From NCBI RefSeq assembly GCF_902713615.1, contig NC_052168.1, positions 1,240,001 to 1,304,000 of the forward strand: 64,000 nucleotides of DNA, given 5' to 3'. Below are positions 1-11,882 of this stretch, piece by piece. The first letter of the stretch is position 1, and each line of letters opens with the position of its first letter. Made by a program: the position numbers and the translations under genes. Under the pieces are notes generated by a model. That model did not search any database. It worked only from the letters and a program-made list of their open reading frames with translations, and was not told where the DNA came from. The DNA comes from Scyliorhinus canicula. Lineage: Eukaryota.

Positions 1-180
1 GGGCAATTTAGTGTGTTCCATCCACCTACCCTGCACATCTTTGGGTTGTGGGGGTGAAACCCACGCAGACACGGGGAGAATGTGCAAACTCCACACGGAC
101 AGTGACCCAGAGCCGGGATCGAACCCGGGACCTTGGTGCCGTGATGCAGCAGTGCTAACCAATGCGTCACCGTGCTGCCC
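1..180 (-). mobile_element. tRNA-derived SINE, short subfamily (cut by the window edge)
   Basis: Reverse complement of the gggcagcacggt head with A and B boxes. Confidence 0.85.
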
Positions 181-517
181 CAGTTTGGATTTTCTCAATC
201 CAAAGCGAGATCATTGAGGAAGTTTGAATTTATAGGGAATGAGTAAATTGGCTTCACATTCAGACCTGTTGTAATATCCCTCACGGGGTCTACAGGGTGG
301 GAACGATAATCTTCCCCGTGGTCCTTGTGGAATTCAAGTTGCCCAGCTAGGGGAGGGGACCTGTACTGGCCTCTGTATGAAAGGTTGCCAATCAGAACAG
401 AACCCGGTTGGAATCTATCAGGTAGTGTATATATCGTGTTATAAATAAAACCGTCTTTATTTTACTCTGCGTGCGCTCCCAGTGTCCTAATTAAAACCAT
501 ATTTGTTGACTTGTCAG

Positions 518-799
518 AGAGGAGCATTGACAGGGGCATCACAACTCAACTCCACAACCCTCGTGACCAACAGACCAGTGACCAACCATCCAACAGGTGC
601 CCATCTCACTGCCAGTGTGATACCCCCTCGGTCCAGACCAGGAATCACCCCAACTGTTCCCACAAAACCAGCGTCTGCACCTGAGCCACCATGTACTCGG
701 AATATAACTGCATCAAGTAAATTGGTGGCAAAGCTCTCCGGACCACCAGTAAGAGTGGAAAGCCAGACCCATGAACATAGTCGCACTGTCAGAAAAGAG
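518..799 (+). CDS. PLEKHA4: PLEKHA-family exon (Pro/Thr/Ser-rich, 94 aa)
   Basis: ttgtcag|AGA...GAG|gtgaga; 282 nt open, phase 0-0. The acceptor is less certain than the donor. Confidence 0.6.
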
Positions 800-3700
800 G
801 TGAGAATCTGTTGATGTTCTGGCTTCATGTGAAACATCCGCCCACCAGCAGGAGGCAGTGGGCCGTATTTAGAGGTGTGAACCCCAGCTAAGGTGGGTCT
901 CTTGCAGCAAGATTAACACTGGGGCCTTGGGATTTGTGTGCACAGTAACAGACCAGCGGATGCCATTATTAATTAGGCACTGCCACAAAACACTGTCAAC
1001 AATGACTGAAGCACCATTTCATACAATTACACAAGTGGACTGGTAATAGGAGAGAGTTAAAGTGGGTTGGGAGTGGCGAGAGTGAGTTAAGGCTCATAGA
1101 GGGAGTGATAAAGAGAGGGAGAGAGTGAGTGGGCTTGAAAAGGTGTGGGCGTGAGTGAGACTGTGAAAAAACAAACTGGTGCACTACGGGGATAGGGTGG
1201 AGGCGAGGGCTTAAGTGAAGTGCTCTTTCCTGGGGCCGGTGCAGACTCGATGGGCCAAACGGCCTCCTTCTGCACTGTCAATTCTATGATTTGGACTGGT
1301 TGATTTGGGAGCTGCCCAAAAAATTGTAACAAGTTTCTTCACTTACAGTACGAAGCCAGTAAAGGTGTCATAACAACCCGATATATCGATGCGGATCCGG
1401 AGACGGCTCTCAGCTCAGAACAACTGCAGGAGAAGCAAAGAACAGTGGAGAAAATCAAGACCATGATTGCAAAGACCAGGTGAGGAATCACAATCATACA
1501 ACAAGATGGAGGCCATTGGGCCCATTATCCCAGTGCTGCCTCTTTTATCGGGCTATCCAATGAATTCCATTCCCTGCTGTCTTCACATTGCCCTACGGAT
1601 TTCTCCTTTTCAAGGATTTATCCAATTTCCTTTTGAAAGTTATTATTGAATCTTCGCCCTCACAACTGGGCGGGGGACAATCCCAGGTCAGTCATGTCTG
1701 GAGGAACCATTTCACTGACTGTGTTGAAATATTAAGTAGTTGTTTGGTAATGTGAGGGCCTCATAGTCAGACCTCCTCCTGCTCCTAGTTCCCATGTTCA
1801 TTTGTATGTATTGAAGTTTAAAAACTCACCACTATTCTTAGAATTCCCCCTATACCAAAAAGGGTCGATATTCTAAATGGTGAACAGGGATTCTCACTCC
1901 CTGACTCTGATGCAGGCTTCAGTGGGTGCTATTCAGGTCAAACTATATTTTCAAGTTATCCCCCGGTATAACCCATACCTTCACCGAGATTTCATCTTCT
2001 TACCACTTAGTAGCATTGATCCTGGGTCCCGCATTGCGAAGTAAATAAAGTAGACTTTGGAATAACCACTGTTTCAGGTTAAATTAAGTTATTTTATTTA
2101 TTTATTTATTTTCTTTTAAAAAGATGCAATCACTGTCTTTACAGAAAAGTAAAAAGATCTTGCTTCTGGATCCTTCTAGTTGGTTGAAGGGACCTTCAGG
2201 CCCAACTTGACAATCAATCTTCTTTTTAAAATCTGGTCTTCTTTAGATGTGTTCACTGGTTGGCTCGGTTGCTGCGTCCTATCTTTCCCATGTACCGAGC
2301 TGTGAGAGCTGGCTCTGCTGGCTATCTCTGAGCTGACTGCCTCCTCTTTAAATTCTAGTCTTCCTTAGATGTATTAGCTGTTTTATCTTGGCTGCTGTGT
2401 CTTATCTTTCCCATGACCGACCTGGCTGTAAGCTGACTCTGCTTCTCTTGTTCCTTCTCTCCGAGTTCTGGATCTGGTGGTTCCTGCTCTGGTCTCTGGG
2501 TTTATATTCTCTTTCTAACAGTTATTATGTTTTTATGACCTTATTGTAAAGTAACTTATTTCACTTTGATTGTAAAAAGTATCTTTGATCTAAACATTCT
2601 AATACAACTAAGTATTTATTTTGGGCATGGCCTCAGCCCTCTGATCTGATTACATTGTTTCCTTTGTGATGTTCAAAGTTCCTTTGTGATATTCAAAAAT
2701 GCTTTGGTTTCAATAGAGGTGTGACTTTTAATTCCTGTCATTTCTATAGTTTGATTTTCCAATTGTGTCCCCAGCTCATAACTTTGATTTTGGCTCTAAA
2801 TTATGTTTCTCGTAGACAGGTTGTCTCCAATTTTCTTTAATTTATCTGATATCGGGCAGCACGGTGGCCTAGTGGTTAGCACAACCGCCTCACGGGGCTG
2901 AGGTCCCAGATTCGATCCCGGCTCTGGGTCACTGTCCGTGTGGAGTTTGCACATTCTCCCCGTGTCTGCGTGGGTTTCGCCCCCACAACCCAAAAACGTG
3001 CAAGCTAGATGGATTGGCCACGCTACATTGCCCCTTAATTGGAAAAATGATTGGGTACACTAAATTTTTTTTTTTTAATTATCTGATATCGGCAGAACTT
3101 CACACTTCGAATTGTCAGCAAATTCAACTGAACCTCATCCTTTCCTTTCCAGCTGTTTACTAAGATAGTTAATTTCAATGAAGGTGTGAAACCTTTGCTT
3201 TTAGCTGTATGCTAAAAAATCACTTGGTTTTCACTTGAAAGGCCTGCCTGTTTTAAACATTCGTCACTTAATTCAACTGAAACCTTCATCCATGCTTTTC
3301 CAGCTGCTTACTAAGATAGTTACTTTCAATGAAGGTGTGAGCCATTGTTTTTAGCTTCATACATGAATCCTGTGTGTTTGCTAAGCCTGTTTGAGAGAAA
3401 GAATCTGCATTTTATAATCCTGCTCTTTGCAGCTGCTATTAACCCTTCATGGGATCTTTCCCTGTATCCTCTCATATTTCTCTCAGACCAGATGCCAGAC
3501 TTCCATGTTTCAAATGACACATCTTTCCATATTTTCAATTACAGTATGTTTGTGCGTATGTTTGTATGTATGTATGTATGGATGTATGTATGTATGTATG
3601 ACAATGCGTAGTGAGAGGGACAACCAGGAGCTCTTGATGCTTTCTAATGTCTAGCCTCCCCAAACGCACTCTCAGGAAGGTTTCTTTGTAACTGATGCTT

Positions 3701-6700
3701 CAAATTGACTCTCTGTTCTAGTTTCTGGGTTTAATTGTAGAGTGATCCCTACTGTAACAACACCAATTTTCTTTCTTAATCTGTAGGAAAATTCAATCCC
3801 TTAAACTGGCCTCCAGATTGCACACACACCATAAACACCTCACTTTCAAAATCACTCTTTGAATGACTGGACAAACACCTGTCTTTCAGCACCCCCCCAC
3901 CACCCCCCCCCCCCCCCCCCCCACGCCCAGACTACAGAACTAACACACTCCCAAACCGGTTCATGTTATCAGGGTTCAGAGTGGGTTCCTGTACCTGTTA
4001 TTATTGGGGTTCACAGAGGGTTCCTGTACCTGTTATTATTGGGGTTCAGGGAGGGTTCCTGTACATATTACTATTGGGGTTCAGGGTGGGTTCCTGTAAC
4101 TATTATTATTATTATTAGGGTTCGGGGGGGGGGGGGGGGGGGGGTTCCTGTTATTATTGGGGTTCGGGGTGGGTTCCTGTTATTATTGGGGTTCAGGGTG
4201 GGTTCCTGTTATTATTGGGTTCGGGGTGGGTTCCTGTTATTATTGGGGTTCGGGGTGGGTTCCTGTTATTATTGGGGTTCGGGGGGTTCCTGTTATTATT
4301 GGGGTTCGGGGGGGTTCCTGTTATTATTGGGGTTCAGGGTGGGTTCCTGTTATTATTGGGGTTCGGGGTGGGTTCCTGTTATTATTGGGGTTCGGGTGGG
4401 TTCCTGTTATTATTGGGGTTCGGGGGGGGGGGGGGTTCCTGTACCTGTTATTATTGGGGTTCGGGGGGTTCCTGTACCTGTTATTATTGGGGTTCGGGGT
4501 GTGTTCCTGTTATTATTGGGGTTCGGGTGGGTTCCTGTTATTATTGGGGTTCGGGGTGGGTTCCTGTTATTATTGGGGTTCGGGGTGGGTTCCTGTTATT
4601 ATTGGGGTTCGGGATGGGTTCCTGTTATTATTGGGGTTCGGGATGGGTTCCTGTTATTATTGGGGTTTGGGGTGGGTTCCTGTTATTATTGGGGTTCGGG
4701 ATGGGTTCCTGTTATTATTGGGGTTCGGGGTGGGTTCCTGTTATTATTGGGGTTCGGGGTGGGTTCCTGTTATTATTGGGGTTCGGGGGGGTCCTGTTAT
4801 TATTGGGGTTCGGGGTGGGTTCCTGTTATTATTGGGGTTCGGGATGGGTTCCTGTTGGTATTGGGGTTCGGGGTGGGTTCCTGTTATTATTGGGGTTTGG
4901 GGTGGGTTCCTGTTATTATTGGGGTTCGGGATGGGTTCCTGTTGGTATTGGGGTTCGGGGTGGGTTCCTGTTATTATTGGGGTTCGGGGTGGGTTCCTGT
5001 TATTATTGGGGTTCGGGTGGGTTCCTGTTATTATTGGGGTTCGGGGTGGGTTCCTGTTATTATTGGGGTTCGGGGTGGGTTCCTGTTATTATTGGGGTTC
5101 GGGGTGGGTTCCTGTTATTATTGGGGTTCGGGATGGGTTCCTGTTATTATTAGGGTTCGGGGTGGGTTCCTGTTATTATTAGGGTTCGGGGTGGGTTCCT
5201 GTTATTATTGGGGTTCGGGGTGGGTTCCTGTTATTATTGGGGTTCAGGATGGGTTCCTGTTGGTATTGGGGTTCGGGGTGGGTTCCTGTTATTATTGGGG
5301 TTCAGGGGGTTCCTGTTATTATTGGGGTTCGGGGGGTTCCTGTTATTATTGGGGTTCGGGGGGTTCCTGTTATTATTGGGGTTCGGGGTGGGTTCCTGTT
5401 ATTATTGGGGTTCGGGATGGGTTCCTGTTGGTATTGGGGTTCGGGGTGGGTTCCTGTTATTATTGGGGTTCGGGATGGGTTCCTGTTATTATTGGGGTTC
5501 GGGGGGTTCCTGTTATTATTGGGGTTCGGGGGGGTTCCTGTTATTATTGGGGTTCGGGGTGGGTTCCTGTTATTATTGGGGTTCGGGATGGGTTCCTGTT
5601 ATTATTGGGGTTCGGGGTGGGTTCCTGTTATTATTGGGGTTCAGGGTGGGTTCCTGTTATTATCGGGGTTCGGGGTGGGTTCCTGTTATTATCGGGGTTC
5701 GGGGTGGGTTCCTGTTATTATTGGGGTTCGGGTGGGTTCCTGTACCTGTTATTATCGGGGTTCGGGGTGTGTTCCTGTTATTATTGGGGTTCGGGATGGG
5801 TTCCTGTTATTATTGGGGTTCGGGGTGGATTTCTCTACACATCCAAATCCGAGTTTGCCCTTTCTGAGGTGAGTTCTCATTGAGTTGACAAAGTTCACAA
5901 TGAGTTCACATTGCATTTCTTTGCAATTTTAGTCCTGGTGTAGCTGAGAGCTGGTCCCCCGCATGCCGATCCATGCACCCGGGAGAAAGAGAGAGGGAGC
6001 GGATTGTTAATCTCTCGTACACGCTTGCAACAGAAGCAGCGCAGCGCAGGAGAGTTCTGACAGGTAATAAACACACAGGGCCAAATCCACTGCTTCCTGT
6101 AACCAGTGTCCCAGCCCATTCTAATGGGAACACTCACCCCCACAAGCCAAAGATGTGGGTGCATTGGCCACGCTAAATTGACCCTTAATTGGAAAATAAA
6201 GTTCACTTGAAATCTTTGATGTTCTCTGTAGTTGGTAAAAATTGATTGGAATTGTGAACTCCAACCCTGGAAACGAGATTAAAGGGAATTCCTGGTAACT
6301 GGATTTGGTTTGGGTATTTACAGAAAGCCAATCCCTGTACTGAAACAAAACACAAGCTGGTCGGATTATCATTTTTTAAATGTATGTTATGACAAATTTG
6401 TATCAAAAAAGTTATAGCACATAAGCCCCCAGGAAACATGCTCCCCAACACAACCATACAGTTTGAACAATCCCCATCAAACACTCCCAGGACAGGGACA
6501 GCACGGAGTTAGATACAGAGTAAAGCTCCCTCTACACTGTCCCCACCAAACACTCCCAGGACAGGTACAGCACAGGGTTAGATACAGAGTAAAGCTCCCT
6601 CTACACTGTCTCCATCAAACACTCCCAGGACAGGTACAGCACGGGGTCAGATACAGAGTAAAGCTCCCTCTACACTGTCCCCATCAAACACTCCCAGGAC

Positions 6701-9010
6701 AGGTACAGCACGGGGTTAGATACAGAGTAAAGCTCCCTCTACACTGTCCCCATCAAACACTCCCAGGACAGGTACAGCACAGGGTTAGATACAGAGTAAA
6801 GCTCCCTCTACACTGTCCCCATCAAACACTCCCAGGACAGGTACAGCACGGGGTTAGATACAGAGTAAAGCTCCCTCTACACTGTCCCCATCAAACACTC
6901 CCAGGACAGGTACAGCACGGGGTTAGATACAGAGTAAAGCTCCCTCTACACTGTCCCCATCAAACACTCCCAGGACAGGTACAGCACGGGGTTACATACA
7001 GAGTAAAGCTCCCTCTGCACTGTCCCCATCAAACACTCCCAGGACAGGTACAGCACGGAGCTAGATACAGAGTAAAGCTCCCTCTGCACTGTCCCCATCA
7101 AACACTCCCAGGACAGGTACAGCACGGGGTTAGATACAGAGTAAAGCTCCCTCTACACTGTCCCCATCAAACACTCCCAGGACAGGTACAGCACAGGGTT
7201 AGATACAGAGTAAAGCTCCCTCTGCACTGTCCCCATCAAACACTCCCAGGACAGGTACAGCACGGGGTTAGATACAGAGTAAAGCTCCCTCTACACTGTC
7301 CCCATCAAACACTCCCAGGACAGGTACAGCACAGGGTTAGATACAGAGTAAAGCTCCCTCTACACTGTCCCCATCAAACACTCCCAGGACAGGTACAGCA
7401 CGGGGTTAGATACAGAGTAAAGCTCCCTCTACACTGTCCCCATCAAACACTCCCAGGACAGGTACAGCACAGGGTTAGATACAGAGTAAAGCTCCCTCTA
7501 CACTGTCCCCATCAAACACTCCCAGGACAGGTACAGCACGGGGTTAGATACAGAGTAAAGCTCCCTCTACACTGTCCCCATCAAACACTCCCAGGACAGG
7601 TACAGCACGGGGTTAGATACAGAGTAAAGCTCCCTCTACACTGTCCCCATCAAACACTCCCAGGACAGGTACAGCACGGGGTTACATACAGAGTAAAGCT
7701 CCCTCTGCACTGTCCCCATCATACACTCCCAGGACAGGTACAGCACGGAGCTAGATACAGAGTAAAGCTCCCTCTGCACTGTCCCCATCAAACACTCCCA
7801 GGACAGGTACAGCATGGGGTTAGATACAGAGTAAAGCTCCCTCTGCACTGTCCCCATCAAACACTCCCAGGACAGGTACAGCACGGGGTTAGATACAGAG
7901 TAAAGCTCCCTCTACACTGTCCCCATCAAACACTCCCAGGACAGGTACAGCACGGGGTTAGATACAGAATAAAGCTTTCTCTTTACTGTACAGGTAAATC
8001 ATGGGTAAGGTACCGAGGGACTATGGTACTTACTGGGCATTATGTTCAGTCACTGTGGCCGGCCCCAGTAAAGGACAGTATTGTACAACCATCACCACAA
8101 AAGATGGAGGCCATTCAGCCCATCCTCACCATGCTGACTCTCTGCAATTATCAAAATGCCACACACTCGCCTTTTCTATCAACCCGGAAAAATAAACATG
8201 AAAACTTTTCAAGTTAAATCCTCAATGTCCTTTAGAATACGGAAAGTGTTACCCTTGCCCCCCCCCCCGACCTCCACGTGCTGCCCCACCCGACCTCCAC
8301 GTGATGCCCCACCCAACCTCCACGTGATGCCCCCCCCCCCCCCGACCTACACGTGATGCCCCCCCCGACCTCCACGTGATGCCCCCCCCGACCTCCACGT
8401 GATGCCAGTCTAACACTATTGTTGTCTGAAATGGTCTGGCAGCTCAGTCAGTTCATGTGGAATGTTAGACGTGAGGCAGCGGGTTGATGTAAATGTACAT
8501 GCTGCTGTCTTGTTATATTTCATTGTTTTATCTTGCATTCAATGTAAAAAATGTGATGTCTGATATTCTTATTTTATTTTCCTTTTAGCTAAAGCTTTAG
8601 CCGAGTTCCAGGAAAAGGAAGAGGTGATAGACAATCAGACTTTACAGAGCAAAGGATCTCGGTCCAAGCCACAGGAAAATGGACTTGTCTTCAATTTTGG
8701 ACCCGGCAGAGAAACAACCAACCCAAATTCAGAATATCCTCAAGAATCAGCCAATCGAGGTGCAGGGCAAAATAGCCCAGGGGGAAAAACCAACCAGTAT
8801 TCAACAAAGGAAAGCATCCCCAGCAATCAAAGGTCAACACTAGAGATTGAAGCAGCCAATCTCAGACTGGGAGAACAGAAGCGTTCCACCTATCTGGACT
8901 TGTCACAGGAGATGGAGGGAATGAATGAGAGTTCACAAAGAAGGCTCCTCCGTGACATTCGTCCAATTGTGATGGAAGGTTCCACAAATGTCAGCCTGAA
9001 CCTGGAGTAG
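518..9010 (+). CDS. PLEKHA4: PLEKHA4/5/6/7-family PH-domain protein, 3' part only; join(518..799,1349..1479,5933..6063,8589..9010); probably PLEKHA4
   Basis: Four exons with AG/GT boundaries and compatible phases (0,2,1). They encode RYIDADPETALSSEQLQEKQRTVEKIKTMIAKTS and ERERIVNLSYTLATEAAQRRRVLTAKALAE, which match the conserved C-terminal motifs of PLEKHA5/6/7 as I recall them. The PLEKHA4 call rests on proximity to DHDH, as on human 19q13.33. Confidence 0.7.
1349..1479 (+). CDS. PLEKHA4: PLEKHA-family exon YEASKG...IAKT(S)
   Basis: cacttacag|TAC...ACCAG|gtgagg; 131 nt; carries the conserved family motif. Confidence 0.85.
2854..3078 (+). mobile_element. tRNA-derived SINE, short subfamily
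   Basis: Pol III A/B boxes; TSD ttatctgatatc (2842-2853 and 3079-3090). Confidence 0.9.
3965..5830. repeat. 29-bp minisatellite (ggggttcggggtgggttcctgttattatt)n
   Basis: About 60 copies read directly from the sequence. Confidence 0.97.
5933..6063 (+). CDS. PLEKHA4: PLEKHA-family exon ...ERERIVNLSYTLATEAAQRRRVLT
   Basis: caattttag|T CCT...ACA G|gtaat; 131 nt; the phase fits both neighbouring exons. Confidence 0.85.
6470..7990. repeat. 69-bp satellite, about 22 copies
   Basis: Unit tccccatcaaacactcccaggacaggtacagcacggggttagatacagagtaaagctccctctacactg. Confidence 0.97.
8265..8406. repeat. About 23-bp repeat, 6 copies, each containing CACGTG
   Basis: Unit ccgacctccacgtgatgccccc. Confidence 0.85.
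8589..9010 (+). CDS. PLEKHA4: PLEKHA-family terminal coding exon (AKALAEFQE...SLNLE*)
   Basis: Strong pyrimidine tract ccttttag|CT AAA GCT; open to TAG at 9008-9010; AATAAA signals follow at 9820 and 9881. Confidence 0.8.
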
Positions 9011-9819
9011 CTGATTGGAGAGGATCTAACAAACGAGCCAGACCACGTTTGGAAATGGAACAAACCATGAGGCCATTCTCCGTGACTGTGGCTGGTGGGG
9101 AGATGTCTCTAACGCCAAGAGGCTCATCAAATCATCAGCAAGGGGTGGTGGTGGGGGTCTTCATTTGCAGATGATCAGTTTGGGATCAGAATCTGGTGAC
9201 AAACTCTGTCAAAGCAACATTTTAACAACATTATCAGGGTGAGCCATGATCCAAAATCCTCAACTTCACTCACTCGCTGTCGGTGTTGGTTCAATGTCCA
9301 TGATGCAGGAAGATCTGAATGTGGACCTGATAGAGCCCAGACATTTCAACATCATTACCAATCAGTTTCTCATGTGACATTTTGGTGCCAGGTTTATCTC
9401 TGGGTTCATCCAGTCTTGGGAAAGAATCTGGAAATGATACAGATAAGGGGGGGGGGGGGGGGGGGGGGGGAGGAATCTCTAAATAACAGTTCGTCAATTC
9501 ACAGAATTGGATTCTAATTCCAGGAAATTTCTTTTTTAAATGTTGGTGAGGATTCCATCTGGCCCCCATTCTCACATCCTGAGCTCCCTGTCCAGCTATG
9601 GTACTCTCACTGTGGAAGAAATGTACAGGAATTAGGTTCATTCTGAACTTGGTTAACATTGACCATCTTCCTCCTGTCAATTCTGCCTTGGCTGGGTGTG
9701 CGATGGGTACAATCCTGTGGCCCATCACCACCCCCACTCTAATCCCTCAGTCACCCTTAATAATCACTGGAACCTCCATGCAAAACTACCCAAATTCAGA
9801 ACTAATTTTCACTAAACTT

Positions 9820-9886
9820 AATAAATTGCACTAAACTAAAATTTAAAAGTTAATCAGTATTTATGCATATAATCTATATCAATAAA
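9820..9886 (+). terminator. Candidate polyadenylation signals of the PLEKHA-family gene
   Basis: AATAAA at 9820-9825 and 9881-9886 in an AT-rich stretch about 0.8 kb after the stop codon. Confidence 0.5.
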
Positions 9887-10582
9887 AATTAACAGGAAGC
9901 AAGAAATTGGCTGAATTCAAAAAAGCGTTCACATTTCAAGTCAATGATCTTTGATCAGAACTGCAAACAATAAATATCTGAAGCAAATTCAGAGGCAGGG
10001 CCAGGGGAGCGGGGGGTGGTGGTGATTACAGAAGTCTGAGCGGGTGGACGGTCAGAGAGATGGAGGGACAAAGGGATGATGGAGCGAGGCAAAAGGAGAT
10101 GGCAATGGAACAAGTTAAGAAATGGGAAATGTGTCCAGAGGAAGTGTAGATTGTGAAGCAGAATTATTACTGAGATCTGCTGTCTGGGAAAACTGGAGTT
10201 GTGATTAAATATATGAAGTTGTTAAACATAATGTGGTGAGTAGAGGGTGCTGGATCAAAGGAGGAGATGCTGTTCCTCGAGTTTACCTGCAGTGAGATTC
10301 CAAATGAAACTCAACTGAAGGAGCCATTTTTAAAATGTATCTTTCTTGGGATGTGGAGATTGCTGGTGAGGCTAGCATTGATTACCCAACACATTCTGTC
10401 CTTGAGATAGTGGTGCTTTTAAACCAGAGATGATATTGGAACAGTGATGTATTTCCAAGTCAGGGTGGAACTCGCAGATTGTATCTATTGCCCAAGGTGG
10501 TAGAGACGGGTTTGAGATGCTGCAAAGGAATGTGCTGAGTTGCTGCAATCCATCATGTAGATGGTACACACCCAGGGAGAGT

Positions 10583-10792
10583 CTTGACGGGCAAGGGAGA
10601 CGGTTGACGGGCAGGGGAGACGGTTGACGGGCAGGGGGAGACGGTTGACGGGCAGGGGGAGACGGTTGACGGGCAGGGGGAGACGGTGGACGGGCAGGGG
10701 GAGACGGTTGACGGGCAGGGGGAGACGGTTGACGGGCAGGGGGAGACGGTTGACGGGCAGGGGGAGACGGTTGACGGGCAAGGGAGACGGTT
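10583..10792. repeat. 21-bp minisatellite (ggggagacggttgacgggcag)n
   Basis: About 10 copies. Confidence 0.95.
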
Positions 10793-10794
10793 TT

Positions 10795-11023
10795 GTTTTA
10801 TTTTTTTTAAATTTAGATTACCCAATTATTTTTTCCAATTAAGGGGCAATTTAGCGTGGCCAATCCACCTACTCTGCACGTTTTTGGGTTGTGGAGGCGA
10901 GACCCATGCAGACACGGGGAGAATGGGCAAACTCCACACGGACAGTGACCCAGAGCCGGGATCGAACCTGGGACCTCGGCGCCGTGAGGCAGCAGGGCTA
11001 ACCACTGCGGCACCTTGCTGCCC
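10795..11023 (-). mobile_element. tRNA-derived SINE, short subfamily
   Basis: Full copy lying between two minisatellites. Confidence 0.88.
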
Positions 11024-11026
11024 TGC

Positions 11027-11882
11027 AGTGGAGGTGGGTGACAGGCAGTAGTGGAGGTGGGTGACAGGCGGTAGGGGAGGTGGGTGACAAGCGGTAGGGG
11101 AGGTGGGTGACAGGCGGTAGGGGGGGTGGGTGACAGGCAGTAGGGGAGGTGGGTGACAAGCGGTAGGGGAGGTGGGTGACAGGCGGTGGAGGTGGGTGAC
11201 AGGCGGTGGAGGTGGGTGACAGGCGGTAGGGGAGGTGGGTGACAGGCGGTAGGGGAGGTGGGTGACAGGCGGTAGGGGAGGTGGGTGACAGGCGGTAGGG
11301 GAGGTGGGTGACAGGCGGTAGGGGAGGTGGGTGACAGGCGGTAGGGGAGGTGGGTGACAGGCAGTAGTGGTGGGTGACAGGCGGTAGGGGAGGTGGGTGA
11401 CAGGCAGTAGGGGAAGTGGGTGACAGGCGGTAGGGGAGGTGGGTGACAGGCAGTAGGGGAAGTGGGTGACAGGCGGTAGGGGAGGTGGGTGACAAGCGGT
11501 AGGGGAGGTGGGTGACAAGCGGTAGGGGAGGTGGGTGACAGGCGGTGGAGGTGGTTGGCAGGCGGTGGAGGTGGGTGACAGGCGGTGGAGGTGGGTGACA
11601 GGCGGTAGGGGAGGTGGGGTGACAGGCAGTAGTGGAGGTGGGTGACAGGCGGTAGGGGAGGTGGGTGACAGGCGGTAGGGGAGGTGGGTGACAGGCGGTG
11701 GAGGTGGGTGACAGGCGGTGGAGGTGGGTGACAGGCGGTGGAGGTGGTTGGCAGGCGGTGGAGGTGGGTGACAGGCGGTGGAGGTGGTTGGCAGGCGGTG
11801 GAGGTGGTTGACAGGCGGTAGGGGAGGTGGTTGGCATGCGGTAGGGGAGGTGGTTGGCAGGCGGTGGAGGTGGTTGACAGGC
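11027..11882. repeat. 20/23-bp minisatellite (ggggaggtgggtgacaggcggta)n
   Basis: Read directly from the sequence. Confidence 0.95.

Noticed and set aside
268-499. Short LTR-like segment (TGTTGTAAT start, AATAAA, CA end)
   Set aside because: No target-site duplication found, so it is not supportable as a solo LTR from this window alone.
3859-5883. Long ORFs of 200-670 aa in several frames
   Set aside because: They are translations of the 29-bp minisatellite, which happens to lack stops, and they lie inside an intron.
6463-8217. 584-aa ORF with a His/Cys 23-aa repeat
   Set aside because: It is the 69-bp satellite (3 x 23). The same unit recurs at 48.7 kb, and nothing suggests it is coding.
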